Assembly: GCA_050949045.1 (NCBI GenBank)
Contig: JBMNEZ010000001.1
Span: 128,001 to 192,000, forward strand
DNA length: 64,000 nucleotides
DNA from: Candidatus Izemoplasmatales bacterium
GTDB lineage: Bacteria; Bacillota_I; Bacilli_A; Izemoplasmatales; Hujiaoplasmataceae
Direction of reading: 5' to 3'
Below, in pieces: positions 20,292 through 30,871 of this stretch. Positions within the stretch are counted from its first letter, which is position 1, and each line of letters opens with the position of its first letter. The notes beneath the pieces are model-generated. The model was not told the origin of the DNA. It did not search any database and was given only the letters and a program-made list of their open reading frames with translations. A program made the position numbers and the translations under genes.

Positions 20292-23200
20292 ATGAAAAGA
20301 TCGACGTTTTCAAAAATCGAAATGAGTACAAGACGGATTGCTCTTGTCGCAGTTATGCTTTTCACTGCGCTTTGTTTTGTATTCGTTTTGATGTCATCAT
20401 CTGCAGCGCAAGCCGAAGGCTTGGGTGGTACAGGCTATACAACAGCTTATTCCAGCCAAGAAGAAGTGTATGACGCTGCCAATCTGTTCAATGAACGGAT
20501 GGTTGAGGAAGGAATTGTTCTTCTAAAGAATGTTGACAATGCCCTTCCACTTGCTAAGGGCTCGATGATCAACGTGCTTGGCAAAAACTCTGCCAACATT
20601 GCGATCGGAGGAACCGGTTCAAGTACCGGATCAGGATCCGTAGAAGCCAGAAAGGCAATCAGCTTGTACCAAAGTTTGGCAAATGCGGAATTTGTACTCA
20701 ACCCTGCACTCGTAGCATTCTACGAGAACAACACATTATCCGGAACCGGAAGACGAGCTCCGAATATGGGTGCAAATCTTACGGGCTTGAGCACCGGAGA
20801 AACTCCTCCGGAAATGTATTCTGCGGAATTAAAAGCTACCTATGCTGATTATGATGATGCATCAATCGTCGTAATTACTCGTATTGGTGGTGAAGGTTAT
20901 GATCTCCCAACAACGATGCTAGCTAGTGGGCTACCAATGGCTGGATCTTTAGAAGGGGATCATTACTTAGAGCTTGACTTATATGAAAAAGCGATATTTG
21001 CTTCTTTGGAAGAGGATCCAAGCGTTAGCAAAGTTATCGTAATCGTCAATGCCAGCCAGCAAATGGAACTTGGTTTCTTGAATGATTCCGTTAATTACTC
21101 CAAAGTCAAAGCAGCGATTTGGGTCGGTGGACCTGGACAATCAGGCGTTGCCTCTATCGGAAGAATATTGAATGGCGACGTTAATCCGTCCGGACGTCTC
21201 GTTGATACTTTTGCCGCAGACTTCTCCAAAGACCCTGTGTGGTACAACTTTGGCAATTCTGGTGGCAGGCATACGAATGGCACTCTCGACGAAGAAGGCA
21301 ATTTCACCACTCCTAATGGATATCCCCGTTTCGTAAACTATGAAGAGGGAATCTACCTAGGCTATCGTTATTGGGAAACTGCCGGCTACGATAAAAACGA
21401 TAACTGGGCTTGGTATGACCAAAATGTTGTATTCCCGCTTGGCTATGGTTTGAGCTATACCTCGTTTAGTTGGGAACTCGTTGGCGAGCCAACCATTCCT
21501 ACCACTTTCACTGCGACCGCTGAAGTTGAAGTAACCGTAAAAGTTACCAATACAGGCTCTGTTGCAGGAAAAGATGTTGTTCAACTGTATTACACAGCTC
21601 CTTACTACAATGGTGGCATTGAAAAATCGTATGTTAGATTGGCCGACTTTGCCAAAACGCCACTGCTTGAACCAGACGCCTCTGCTAATGTTACAATGAA
21701 AGTTTCACTTAAGGACCTTGCATCATATGACTATAACGATGCCAACGGCAACGACTATAAGGGCTATGAACTTGAAGCTGGGAATTACGTTTTTAGAGTA
21801 TTGAAAAACGCCAATGCCCGTTCGGTTAACGGCGTTGCCGACTTCACGATGACTGTTCCTGAAGATAATGAAAAACCGGCAACTGCAGGCAAAACCGGAG
21901 TAATGTTTACACACGATGAAAAGACCGGCGCCTTAATCAAAAACCTGTTCGATGATGTATCGCAAAAAGCCATTAACGGTACACTTGAAGACAAAGCGAC
22001 CGAGGCTGTTAGAGACAGTGGCGGCTTCATGAATGTCATGACACGCGCCACAGAGAGTGGCGGTCTTGCCGGTACTATCCCAACAGACTATCCGAGCAAC
22101 GAAAAACGAACTGTTTCGGCGGCGTTCAGAAATTCTTATGCGACACCGTCCAATACAGCAACTCGTGACGCTGCCGACTTGGTCAGTCCATGGTACAAGG
22201 AAGAGTTTCCAACACAAGCCGCCAACGATCAGGGCGAAGTGACAGTCTTCTTAAAAGATTTGATTGGAAAAGATTTCGATGATCCTCTTTGGGACGCTTT
22301 CCTCAATCAGATGACATATTACGAAATGGCATATCTTATCGGTCACGGAGCTTTCCATACATACCCAATCGAAAGATTAGGAAAACCATGGTCTGTCGAA
22401 ATTGACGGACCGGTTGGATTGGTTCCAAGACAGGTAAACGGACCATTGATGGATATCAATAATCATGTATCATGCGTATATGCGACACAACCCGTAGTCG
22501 CAGCAACCTGGAACAAGGAATTGGTCAAAGAATATGGCCAAATGACTGGAGAAGAATCAATTTGGGGAAATACCAACTATGCATATTCAGGTATTTATGG
22601 CCCCGGATTGAACATTCACCGTTCACCGTTCTCAGGACGTAACTTCGAGTATTACAGTGAAGATGGTGTTTTATCAGGAAAAATGGCCGGAGCTTACTGC
22701 TTAGGAGCGTACGAGAAAGGCTTGTACACAATGATGAAACACTATGTGCTCAATGACCAAGAAACGAACCGAAACGGTATCCAAACTTGGGCAGATGAGC
22801 AGACAATGCGTGAAATCTACTTCTTGCCTTTTGAAAAAGCTATTAAAGATGGAAATTCAAGAGGAGCGATGGCTGCTTATAATAGTATTGGCAAGACCTG
22901 GACCGGTGCAAGCTATGCCTTGATGACCGACTTGACTCGTAATGAGTGGGGATTCGAGGGAATGATTATCACTGACTGGGGTTCATATTCAGCTACGACA
23001 AACAACTGGATGATTCGTGCCGGAACCGATTTGTTGCTTGGCGGAAGTAGGGAAGGCACTCTGATTTTTGAAGGAGCCGATCTCACGCCCACACATGCTT
23101 GGGCGCTCAGAAGAGCAACCAAAGCCATAATGTTCACCGTTGCCAACAGCAACGCAATGATACCGAGACTACAGTATGCTGCCGGAGCAGCTCCCAGTCC

Positions 23201-25490
23201 TTTCCGAACCGGGATTGAGTATTCGATGGATGCTTCCGGAGTCTCCGGAAACTATGATTTCGGCGAATTTGAAGTAACGTATTCAGCAGATGAGCGTTTG
23301 CCTGAAGGATTGGAAATCGATCCTGAGACTGGCCTCATAACTGGTATCATTGCGGCAAGCGGAGCCTCACAGTCCTACACGTTTACTGTCACCGGCAGTG
23401 TTCCTGCGGGTACAGCGCTTACCGATGCCGTTTCTCGAGAATTCACCATTAATCAGGCAAGCATCACAGAAATCCCCGCCTTGGCTAATGGCAGGGTCGG
23501 GGTACCATATTTCTCCGATGCAATTCAAATATCATTAAACTTGGAGATTGACCCAAGTGAAATCACATATCAGTTGGATCCGGGTCTAAGGCAAGGTTGG
23601 ACATGGATAAGACGTGGTTCAGCAGCGCTTCCTCAAGGACTAGTGATCAATAATGACGGAACGATTACCGGTACACCGACTCAGGCAATTACTAGAACGG
23701 TTACTTTCCTAGTTTCTGCGCCCGGTTTCGTAGACACATTGATTACTCGCACTATAACTATCTTGCCAGCAATTCCGGTGATCACATTTGGCGATGCAAT
23801 ATTACCGGCGGGAGAAGTGGGCTCTCAATACGAAGCACAACTCGTTGCCAGTGGCGCGGAGGGCATCACCTTTGCTTCAGAAAATCTCCCTGCAGGATTA
23901 ACGCTTGCCGCTAACGGCTTGATCTCTGGAACTCCAACAGTCGTAGGAACTTATCTCTTTGAAGTAACCGCTTCAGCGGAAGGCGCAACATCAACTGTTG
24001 CTTCAATCGCTCTTAACGTAGCCGAGGAAGCTGAAATAATCCTTCCTGCCATCGTATTCAACGACAGGAAGCTTGATGCTGGAAAAGTCGGTGTTGCATA
24101 CAGCGCGACTCTTACTGCTAGCGGAGCCGATGGCATCACCTTTGCTTCAGAAAATCTCCCTGCAGGGTTAACGCTTGCCGCTAACGGCTCGATCTCTGGC
24201 ACTCCAACTGAAGCCGGAACTTATCTCTTTAAAGTAATTGCTTCAGCGGAAGGAGCAACATCAACTGTTGCTTCAATCGTTCTTAGCGTAGCCGAGGAAG
24301 ATGAAGTAATCCTTCCTGTCATCGTATTCAGCGACAGGAAGCTCGACTCTGGAAAAGTCGGTGTTGCATACAGCGCGACTCTCACTGCTAGCGGAGCCAC
24401 AGGCATCACCTTTGCTTCAGAAAATCTCCCTGCAGGGTTAACGCTCGCCGCTAACGGAAAACTTTCTGGTACTCCGACTCAAGCTGGAACATACCTTATT
24501 ACAGTGACTGCTTCTGCAACTGGTGCGCAATCGGCAACTGCTTCAATCGTTCTTAGCGTAGCCGAGGAAGATGAAGTAATCCTTCCTATCATCGTATTCA
24601 GCGACAGGAAGCTCGACGCTGGAAAAGTCGGTGTTGCATACAGCGCGACTCTCACTGCTAGCGGAGCCACAGGCATCACCTTTGCTTCAGAAAATCTACC
24701 TGCAGGATTAACGCTCGCCGCTAACGGAAAACTTTCTGGTACTCCGACTCAAGCTGGAATATACCTTATTACAGTGACTGCTTCTGCAACGGGCGCGCAA
24801 TCGACAACTGCTTCAATCGTTCTTAGCGTAGCCGAGGAAGATGAAGTAATCCTTCCTGTCATCGTATTCAACGACAGGAAGCTCGATGCTGGAAAAGTCG
24901 GTGTTGCATACAACGCGACTCTCACTGCTAGTGGAGCCACAGGCATCACCTTTGCTTCAGAAAATCTCCCTGCAGGATTAACGCTCGCCGCTAACGGAAA
25001 ACTTTCTGGTACTCCGACTCAAGCTGGAACATACCTTATTACAGTGACTGCTTCTGCAACGGGCGCGCAATCGACAACTGCTTCAATCGTGCTTAGTGTT
25101 TCCCCCGCTGCTGCAACCGAGGCACCGGCAATTTCATTCAATAGTGCATTGTTGGCTTCTGGAACTGTAGGAACAGCATACAGCGCGACTCTCACTGCTA
25201 GCGGAGCCGAAGGCATCACCTTTGCCTCAAGCGACCTACCTGCCGGCTTGACTCTCAACGAAGACGGATCTATCTCTGGCACTCCGACTCAAGCTGGAAC
25301 ATACTTGTTCACAGTTACGGCCTCTGCTACTGGAGCACAATCGGCTACAGCATCAATTGCGATTCACATTGCATCAGTAGCCGCTCCGATAACTGGTTGC
25401 GCATCAGCTTTGACCGTCTCGACGATCATCATGACATTGTTGACGTCAATGGTAGCTGGAGTCTTCATCTTTATCAGGAAACGTCAATAA
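20292..25490 (+). CDS. Surface-anchored GH3 glycosidase (reversed domain order) with eight putative Ig domains and a C-terminal TM
   Basis: Signal peptide; VLLKN, RIGGEG, YLGYRYWE, HRSPFSGRNFEYYSED, KHYVLNDQE, IITDW nucleophile motif; LPxGL..ISGTPT Ig-like units; ITGC-TM-RKRQ end; AGGAGG RBS. Confidence 0.93.
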   Translation: MKRSTFSKIEMSTRRIALVAVMLFTALCFVFVLMSSSAAQAEGLGGTGYTTAYSSQEEVYDAANLFNERMVEEGIVLLKNVDNALPLAKGSMINVLGKNSANIAIGGTGSSTGSGSVEARKAISLYQSLANAEFVLNPALVAFYENNTLSGTGRRAPNMGANLTGLSTGETPPEMYSAELKATYADYDDASIVVITRIGGEGYDLPTTMLASGLPMAGSLEGDHYLELDLYEKAIFASLEEDPSVSKVIVIVNASQQMELGFLNDSVNYSKVKAAIWVGGPGQSGVASIGRILNGDVNPSGRLVDTFAADFSKDPVWYNFGNSGGRHTNGTLDEEGNFTTPNGYPRFVNYEEGIYLGYRYWETAGYDKNDNWAWYDQNVVFPLGYGLSYTSFSWELVGEPTIPTTFTATAEVEVTVKVTNTGSVAGKDVVQLYYTAPYYNGGIEKSYVRLADFAKTPLLEPDASANVTMKVSLKDLASYDYNDANGNDYKGYELEAGNYVFRVLKNANARSVNGVADFTMTVPEDNEKPATAGKTGVMFTHDEKTGALIKNLFDDVSQKAINGTLEDKATEAVRDSGGFMNVMTRATESGGLAGTIPTDYPSNEKRTVSAAFRNSYATPSNTATRDAADLVSPWYKEEFPTQAANDQGEVTVFLKDLIGKDFDDPLWDAFLNQMTYYEMAYLIGHGAFHTYPIERLGKPWSVEIDGPVGLVPRQVNGPLMDINNHVSCVYATQPVVAATWNKELVKEYGQMTGEESIWGNTNYAYSGIYGPGLNIHRSPFSGRNFEYYSEDGVLSGKMAGAYCLGAYEKGLYTMMKHYVLNDQETNRNGIQTWADEQTMREIYFLPFEKAIKDGNSRGAMAAYNSIGKTWTGASYALMTDLTRNEWGFEGMIITDWGSYSATTNNWMIRAGTDLLLGGSREGTLIFEGADLTPTHAWALRRATKAIMFTVANSNAMIPRLQYAAGAAPSPFRTGIEYSMDASGVSGNYDFGEFEVTYSADERLPEGLEIDPETGLITGIIAASGASQSYTFTVTGSVPAGTALTDAVSREFTINQASITEIPALANGRVGVPYFSDAIQISLNLEIDPSEITYQLDPGLRQGWTWIRRGSAALPQGLVINNDGTITGTPTQAITRTVTFLVSAPGFVDTLITRTITILPAIPVITFGDAILPAGEVGSQYEAQLVASGAEGITFASENLPAGLTLAANGLISGTPTVVGTYLFEVTASAEGATSTVASIALNVAEEAEIILPAIVFNDRKLDAGKVGVAYSATLTASGADGITFASENLPAGLTLAANGSISGTPTEAGTYLFKVIASAEGATSTVASIVLSVAEEDEVILPVIVFSDRKLDSGKVGVAYSATLTASGATGITFASENLPAGLTLAANGKLSGTPTQAGTYLITVTASATGAQSATASIVLSVAEEDEVILPIIVFSDRKLDAGKVGVAYSATLTASGATGITFASENLPAGLTLAANGKLSGTPTQAGIYLITVTASATGAQSTTASIVLSVAEEDEVILPVIVFNDRKLDAGKVGVAYNATLTASGATGITFASENLPAGLTLAANGKLSGTPTQAGTYLITVTASATGAQSTTASIVLSVSPAAATEAPAISFNSALLASGTVGTAYSATLTASGAEGITFASSDLPAGLTLNEDGSISGTPTQAGTYLFTVTASATGAQSATASIAIHIASVAAPITGCASALTVSTIIMTLLTSMVAGVFIFIRKRQ
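23780..25380 (+). repeat. Six tandem 270-bp repeats encoding 90-aa putative Ig domains
   Basis: ggcatcacctttgc recurs at 23862, 24132, 24402, 24672, 24942, 25212 (exact 270-bp period); central copies nearly identical. Confidence 0.95.
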
Positions 25491-25539
25491 TTGCATCAAA
25501 CTCATTTACACAGATAGATTAACTTGATATAATTCGTTT

Positions 25540-25576
25540 GGAACGCTATAGGCAGATTACTGTCTATAGCGTTTCC
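25540..25576 (+). other. Intergenic stem-loop between the GH3 and lipoprotein genes
   Basis: ggaacgctataggcag-atta-ctgtctatagcgtttcc, about 16 bp stem, no immediate U-tract. Confidence 0.65.
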
Positions 25577-25630
25577 GACGATTATTTTTACTATCTATCT
25601 TAGCTGTAATCACAATTTTGGAGGAAATCC

Positions 25631-26797
25631 ATGTTAAAAAAACTACTTATTCTACTGACTATCTTCGTATCAACAACAATACTAATAGCGTGTGTTGATA
25701 CAACGACAACTGTGGGTATGGTTAAAACAACAACGACTGTTTCTGGTTCCACAAGTACTTCTGTTACCAATACTCCCAAAACAACTACTTCCGCGATCTC
25801 CCCTTCCACAACAACCACTTCCATCAGCACCGCCCCTCCCGGGACAACCACTTCCATCAGCACCGCCCCTCCCGGGACAACCATTCCCATTAGTACCACT
25901 CTTCCCGTAACAACCACTGACGGCACGACTTCGATCAATACCGGACCGGCGACATTGAATTATCAAGGCGCCGCATTGGCCAATGGTACAGTTGGGATAC
26001 AATACTCTGCTAACATCAATACCGCAACCGGCGCTAGTGGAATCACATACTCTTTGAAGTCGGGAAGTTTGCTTCCAGACGGATTGTCGCTTGCAGGAGG
26101 TATTATCACAGGGATTCCGACTGTCGCAGGGACAAAGCAATTTGTAATTGTTGCCGACGCGAGCAACGCGGTTGCCCCAGTAGAAGCGACTTTCACGATT
26201 GTAATCGAAGAAGAAGAGCCTACTGGTCCAAAAACATACATTTTTGAAGCCGAATATGTTGATTTCACCGATGTTTGGGGTTCAGGGTGGTCAAATACCC
26301 AAACCGAATGGGGGATGGTTGCCGGCGATGGGGTCACAACACCGGTAAGCAATGGGATGTATGTCGCCTACTTTGTTCCCCCGGCGGGATCTTTAAAATT
26401 CCCCTTCACTTCTGATGCAGCGGGGACAGGTAAACTAACCTTCTCTATGGTCTCGGAGTATGTTAAAAACTGGTTTGGCGAATTTGATGCGATTCATCTG
26501 AATCCCGAGATCATGAAACTCAAGATTAATGGCACCGAGATAAGCTACGAGGTATTTGTATTGGGTGTTAACGGACCTACAGAAGCCTTCAAAGAATACG
26601 TCTTTTTGGAAGAATTTGCCATTCGTCAAGGTGAAAACATGATTGAGATTATCATGGAATCATCCAACGATTATTTCCCCGGAAGAGTTGGGGGAGGCCC
26701 AAACGTTGACTACATGAAGATCGAATCTGAATTGAACTTGGTTATGAAAAAAACTTGTTCGACAGTCGATGAAGTCATCTTACGACGAGGTTATTAA
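25631..26797 (+). CDS. Lipoprotein with Thr/Pro-rich linker, putative Ig domain and CBM6/CBM35-like domain
   Basis: Lipobox LIA-C; T-rich stalk; LPDGLSL..ITGIPT; YIFEAE...SNG...RQGENMI...PNVDY; GGAGG RBS. Confidence 0.8.
   Translation: MLKKLLILLTIFVSTTILIACVDTTTTVGMVKTTTTVSGSTSTSVTNTPKTTTSAISPSTTTTSISTAPPGTTTSISTAPPGTTIPISTTLPVTTTDGTTSINTGPATLNYQGAALANGTVGIQYSANINTATGASGITYSLKSGSLLPDGLSLAGGIITGIPTVAGTKQFVIVADASNAVAPVEATFTIVIEEEEPTGPKTYIFEAEYVDFTDVWGSGWSNTQTEWGMVAGDGVTTPVSNGMYVAYFVPPAGSLKFPFTSDAAGTGKLTFSMVSEYVKNWFGEFDAIHLNPEIMKLKINGTEISYEVFVLGVNGPTEAFKEYVFLEEFAIRQGENMIEIIMESSNDYFPGRVGGGPNVDYMKIESELNLVMKKTCSTVDEVILRRGY
25811..25883 (+). repeat. Perfect 33-bp tandem repeat (2.2 copies; TTTSISTAPPG)
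   Basis: acaaccacttccatcagcaccgcccctcccggg at 25811 and 25844. Confidence 0.9.
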
Positions 26798-26808
26798 TAA
26801 TTATCCAA

Positions 26809-26850
26809 AATACTACACAACGCATTTTTTGTTGTGTAGTATTGATTTTG
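26809..26850 (+). terminator. Probable terminator after the lipoprotein gene
   Basis: aatactacacaac / gttgtgtagtatt 13-bp stem followed by gatttt. Confidence 0.6.
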
Positions 26851-27473
26851 GCATTGAAAAGGGCAAAAAATAGCATTTGTTTTGTAATGTCTTTACATAA
26901 TTAATAACTTGATTGAAAGTACTTGTTTTCTAATAGTCTATCTTTCAAACCAATCAGCATTTTGCCTGATAGGTTTCAACACATCATATAAACTAGCAAT
27001 CGATAATTAATTAAATAATTATCTTGTTGCCGTTATTTTGTGAGGATTTCTAAGCGTATCCAATTCATATGCTTGGGTGAGATGGCAAATATTGTACTGT
27101 AATTTGACAAGAGCCTTTGATTGCACGAATATTTTTCTATTCAGAATTGCTTTGCGACTTAAAAATACTTGGAATCAATGGTTTTCTTTATGCAATTTAG
27201 TTGTTTTTGATCCGAACTTGTTTTTAAGGCTGAGCATCATAGTATAAATCTGTCAGCCATTCAGCGGCTATGTCTTGTGCTCGGCCTGGATAACCGTAAT
27301 TGAAGTTTCATATTCAAAATCATGTAGGTATTAATCAGCATAATAACTTTTATGATTTGAATTATAATTCAAACTAGGACAGTCGATTTTTCTTTATTCA
27401 GTATTAAATTTAGGTTAAATATATAATATAAATTTGACAATATTTTCCAATGATTTACAGAGGGGGAAAAAAG

Positions 27474-30431
27474 ATGAAGATAATATGGAAAAACTTAAGC
27501 ACAAGAATATGGCTAATCATATCAGCAATACTTTCTTTCTTAATGCTCATAACCATAATAGCTGTGCAAATACCGTTTTTGAGTCAAACGATGAATACAT
27601 TGTTTGGCGGAGAAAGAAGAATCATTACCAGCCCTTCCGGCGAGAGTTATATGTATTATGAATCTGATTACTTTTCGAAAGCGTTGACCTTGCAAGAGGC
27701 CAATAAACTTAACGAACAAATCGTCGGAGAAGGCGTAGTGCTTCTAAAAAATGATAATAACGCGCTTCCAATTACCGGCTCTAAAGATATTAGTGTTTTT
27801 GGCAAGAATTCAGTCAATCTAGTTTATGGCGGATCGGGATCCGGTGAAAAAAGCGATATGCTCGATACGGATTTATATAGCAGTTTAGAAGACGCGGGAT
27901 TTACGACAAATCCTATTTTAAAAGCGTTTTATAAAGATAACTCCAAGTCTGGTAACGGGCGACCAGCCAATCCTTCAATCGGCGCTCAGTTAACCGGATT
28001 TCCAACTGGAGAAACACCAATTTCAAGTTATACACAGGATGTCAGGAACAGTTATAACCAATATGATGACGCCGCGATTGTCGTTTTTTCGAGAATCGGC
28101 GGTGAGGGCTATGATCTTCCGAGAACGATGCAAGTAAGCTTTACTGATCCTTCTGCAGTAGAAGGGGCTTCCAGCGCCCAGGATCACTATCTTCAGCTAG
28201 ACGCCAATGAAAAGGCGCTTCTTGAAGAAGTAAAAGCAAACTTCAGCAAAGTAATCGTTTTGATCAACAGCGCTACGACGATGGAACTGGGCGATCTTCA
28301 AGACGATGATGAAATCGACAGTATTCTTTGGATTGCCACAACCGGAGGAACGGGAATCAATGCAGTAGGTGATGTGTTGAGCGGCAAGATCAACCCTTCC
28401 GGTCGTACTGTCGCGACATATGCAAGAAACTTTAGAAACGATCCGACTTGGCATAACTTCGCATATAACGGTGTTAAAAACGGCAACCGTTACGTGGTTG
28501 GCGAAATTAATAGACCGTTCTATTTCGTTGATTATGAGGAAGGCATCTATGTCGGGTACCGTTATTATGAAACCAGAGGATTTGAAGAGATAAAGGCCAA
28601 TCCAGCTAGCACGTGGTACGAAGACAATGTCGTTTATCCTTTTGGTTTCGGATTGAGTTATACATCGTTTAAATGGGAAATAAGCTCCACATCATACCCT
28701 GATGAGTCCGTCTTGACTAAAAACGGAGTTATTGAAGTGACAGTGAAAGTTAAAAACACAGGCACTGTAAAAGGCAAAGAAGTTGTCCAATTATATTACA
28801 CGGCGCCATATACGAATGGCGGCATCGAAAAAGCCCATGTCGTGTTGGGGGCATTTGCCAAGACCAATGTGCTAAATCCTAACCAAAGCCAAGAACTAAA
28901 ATTGAGCCTAAAAGTCATGGATATGGCATCTTATGATTATAATGATGCCAATAACAACGGATTTAAAGGTTATGAACTTGAAGGCGGGAACTATGAGATC
29001 AAAATTATGAAAAACGCTCATGAACTGGTTGATTCTCTGACATACTCGGTTCCTGCAGGTGGGTTCAAAGTCGACTCTGATACCGAGTATGGAGTTCAGC
29101 CTGAAAATCGTTTTGATGATGTCAGTTCCAAGATTAATAGTGTTAATGTCGAGCAAACCGGCGGAACGATGACACTTATGTCAAGGGCGAATTTCGCTGG
29201 CACGATGCCTTCGACACCGACTCTCGCCGATCGTACAGTTAGTTCCGGATTCATTGACAGTCTAGCCTATCCCCAACAACCATGGACTGTGGATCAGGGC
29301 AAGCCGTATTACACAGCTAATGCTCCGATTCAGGCAAGTTCGGAACTATCGGAAAACGAAGTCAATTTAATGCTTTACGACATGATCGGCGTCGCTTACG
29401 ATGATCCTTCATGGGACACTTTCCTCAACCAATTGACGGTCGGGCAGATGGCTACTCTGATTGGCAGCGGCAACTTCCACACCGAGCCGCTTGTCAACCT
29501 CGGAAAACCGCGGACAACGGATCCCGACGGACCTGTCGGGTTCACCAATTTCATGGAAATCGGCGAAGCCACCGTCTATGACACCTGTTTTTATGCCAGT
29601 CCCTCGATTGTCGCGGCCACTTGGAACGTCGAACTCGCTTTTGAACAAGGCAAGATGGTCGGCAACGAAGGCATTTGGGGGAATGACCGGGGCGATCAGG
29701 CTCCTTATTCGGGCTGGTACGCTCCCGCTGTCAATATCCACCGGACTCCCTTCTCGGGTAGGAACTGGGAATATTACAGTGAAGATGGATTCTTGTCGGG
29801 TAAAATGGCAGCCAATGTGATTTTGGGAGCGAAGGAAAAAGGGGTCTACACCTTTATCAAACACTTTGCCGTCAACGATCAGGAGACGAACCGCGATTCG
29901 AACGGCTTGTTGACATGGCTTGACGAGCAGACGATGCGCGAGATCTATTTGAAACCGTTCGAGATGGCTGTCAAGGAAGGCAAGACGACCGCGATTATGT
30001 CATCATTTAACAGACTCGGCAAGGTTTGGGCAGGCGGAAGCTACGAATTGCTGACGGAAGTGTTGCGGAACGAATGGGGATTTAAAGGCACGGTTATCAC
30101 CGACTACAACGTTTATGCCCATATGCCCGCAGACCAGATGATTCGTGCCGGTGGCGATTTGAACCTGATCCAAGACAAGCGTCCGACGACATCAAACGAA
30201 GCTTTGACCAGCACTCAGATATCATTGATGCGCCAAGCTTCAAAGAACATCCTGTTCACCGTAGTCAACAGCAACGCGATGAACGGCTTGGGGGCCAACG
30301 CCACCATCAGATACATTTTGCCGCGTTGGAAAGTTGCGATGATCATCATCGAAAGTTCAATTGCCGGGTTGATTATAATCTCCGGGGCCATCTTGATTAC
30401 TAGTGTTTACAAAAAGAAACCGATTGTTTAA
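27474..30431 (+). CDS. Membrane-anchored GH3 beta-glucosidase (reversed domain order, N- and C-terminal TM)
   Basis: Start ATG 27474 after [56 protein letters not shown]. Confidence 0.93.
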   Translation: MKIIWKNLSTRIWLIISAILSFLMLITIIAVQIPFLSQTMNTLFGGERRIITSPSGESYMYYESDYFSKALTLQEANKLNEQIVGEGVVLLKNDNNALPITGSKDISVFGKNSVNLVYGGSGSGEKSDMLDTDLYSSLEDAGFTTNPILKAFYKDNSKSGNGRPANPSIGAQLTGFPTGETPISSYTQDVRNSYNQYDDAAIVVFSRIGGEGYDLPRTMQVSFTDPSAVEGASSAQDHYLQLDANEKALLEEVKANFSKVIVLINSATTMELGDLQDDDEIDSILWIATTGGTGINAVGDVLSGKINPSGRTVATYARNFRNDPTWHNFAYNGVKNGNRYVVGEINRPFYFVDYEEGIYVGYRYYETRGFEEIKANPASTWYEDNVVYPFGFGLSYTSFKWEISSTSYPDESVLTKNGVIEVTVKVKNTGTVKGKEVVQLYYTAPYTNGGIEKAHVVLGAFAKTNVLNPNQSQELKLSLKVMDMASYDYNDANNNGFKGYELEGGNYEIKIMKNAHELVDSLTYSVPAGGFKVDSDTEYGVQPENRFDDVSSKINSVNVEQTGGTMTLMSRANFAGTMPSTPTLADRTVSSGFIDSLAYPQQPWTVDQGKPYYTANAPIQASSELSENEVNLMLYDMIGVAYDDPSWDTFLNQLTVGQMATLIGSGNFHTEPLVNLGKPRTTDPDGPVGFTNFMEIGEATVYDTCFYASPSIVAATWNVELAFEQGKMVGNEGIWGNDRGDQAPYSGWYAPAVNIHRTPFSGRNWEYYSEDGFLSGKMAANVILGAKEKGVYTFIKHFAVNDQETNRDSNGLLTWLDEQTMREIYLKPFEMAVKEGKTTAIMSSFNRLGKVWAGGSYELLTEVLRNEWGFKGTVITDYNVYAHMPADQMIRAGGDLNLIQDKRPTTSNEALTSTQISLMRQASKNILFTVVNSNAMNGLGANATIRYILPRWKVAMIIIESSIAGLIIISGAILITSVYKKKPIV

Positions 30432-30487
30432 TACTGATTTTTCAGCATCAAATCTGAAATAACGTCAAAACCTGTTAATCTTTACTA

Positions 30488-30528
30488 AAAATAGGTATCG
30501 TTTCCAACAAATGATACCTATTTTCTTT
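30488..30528 (+). terminator. Intrinsic terminator after GH3
   Basis: aaaataggtatcgttt / aaatgatacctatttt + cttt. Confidence 0.7.
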
Positions 30529-30738
30529 AAGGTGAGGAGAAGAGAGTCTTTTTTCATTGTAACATCGCCATAATTCTTTGGTTTATCAGGGCCTACTTTC
30601 AAGGACTTGCTTTACTAATGATATTCTTTTTCTCCTATACTAACATAAGGGTTGACCGCCTCCGCCTAGACGAAGTGTTTTTTCTCTAATTATTGAAGTT
30701 GAACTCAATTGTATCAATATGCAATAAGCTCAAATACA

Positions 30739-30771
30739 TAGAACAGCCGGCTTGACAAGCCGGCTGTTCTA
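30739..30771. repeat. Perfect 33-bp palindrome (probable terminator of the minus-strand operon); degenerate copy at about 36517-36547
   Basis: TAGAACAGCCGGCTTG-A-CAAGCCGGCTGTTCTA. Confidence 0.85.
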
Positions 30772-30828
30772 CATGTTATTAGAAGATGTTATGAAAGAAA
30801 CTTATAGGCATCAAATTTGATTAACGGA

Positions 30829-30864
30829 TTAGCTCAGTTTCATGCGAAATGTCAGAAATTTGTA
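30829..30864 (-). pseudogene. 3'-end vestige of the GT2 gene
   Basis: Translates YKFLTFRMKLS*, versus YKILTRRIKLG* at the end of the intact GT2 (36600-36635); downstream DNA also aligns (TAATCCGTTAATCAAATT vs TAATCCATTATTCGAATT). Confidence 0.75.
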
Positions 30865-30871
30865 GATGGGA

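Noticed and set aside
23780..25883. Tandem repeats as a CRISPR array
   Set aside because: No spacers, all in frame within CDSs, no cas genes
26850..27430. 580-bp AT-rich gap as an IS or pseudogene remnant
   Set aside because: Only short fragments (e.g. NFNYGYPGRAQDIAAEWLTD on the minus strand); no terminal repeats or convincing match to genes in the window
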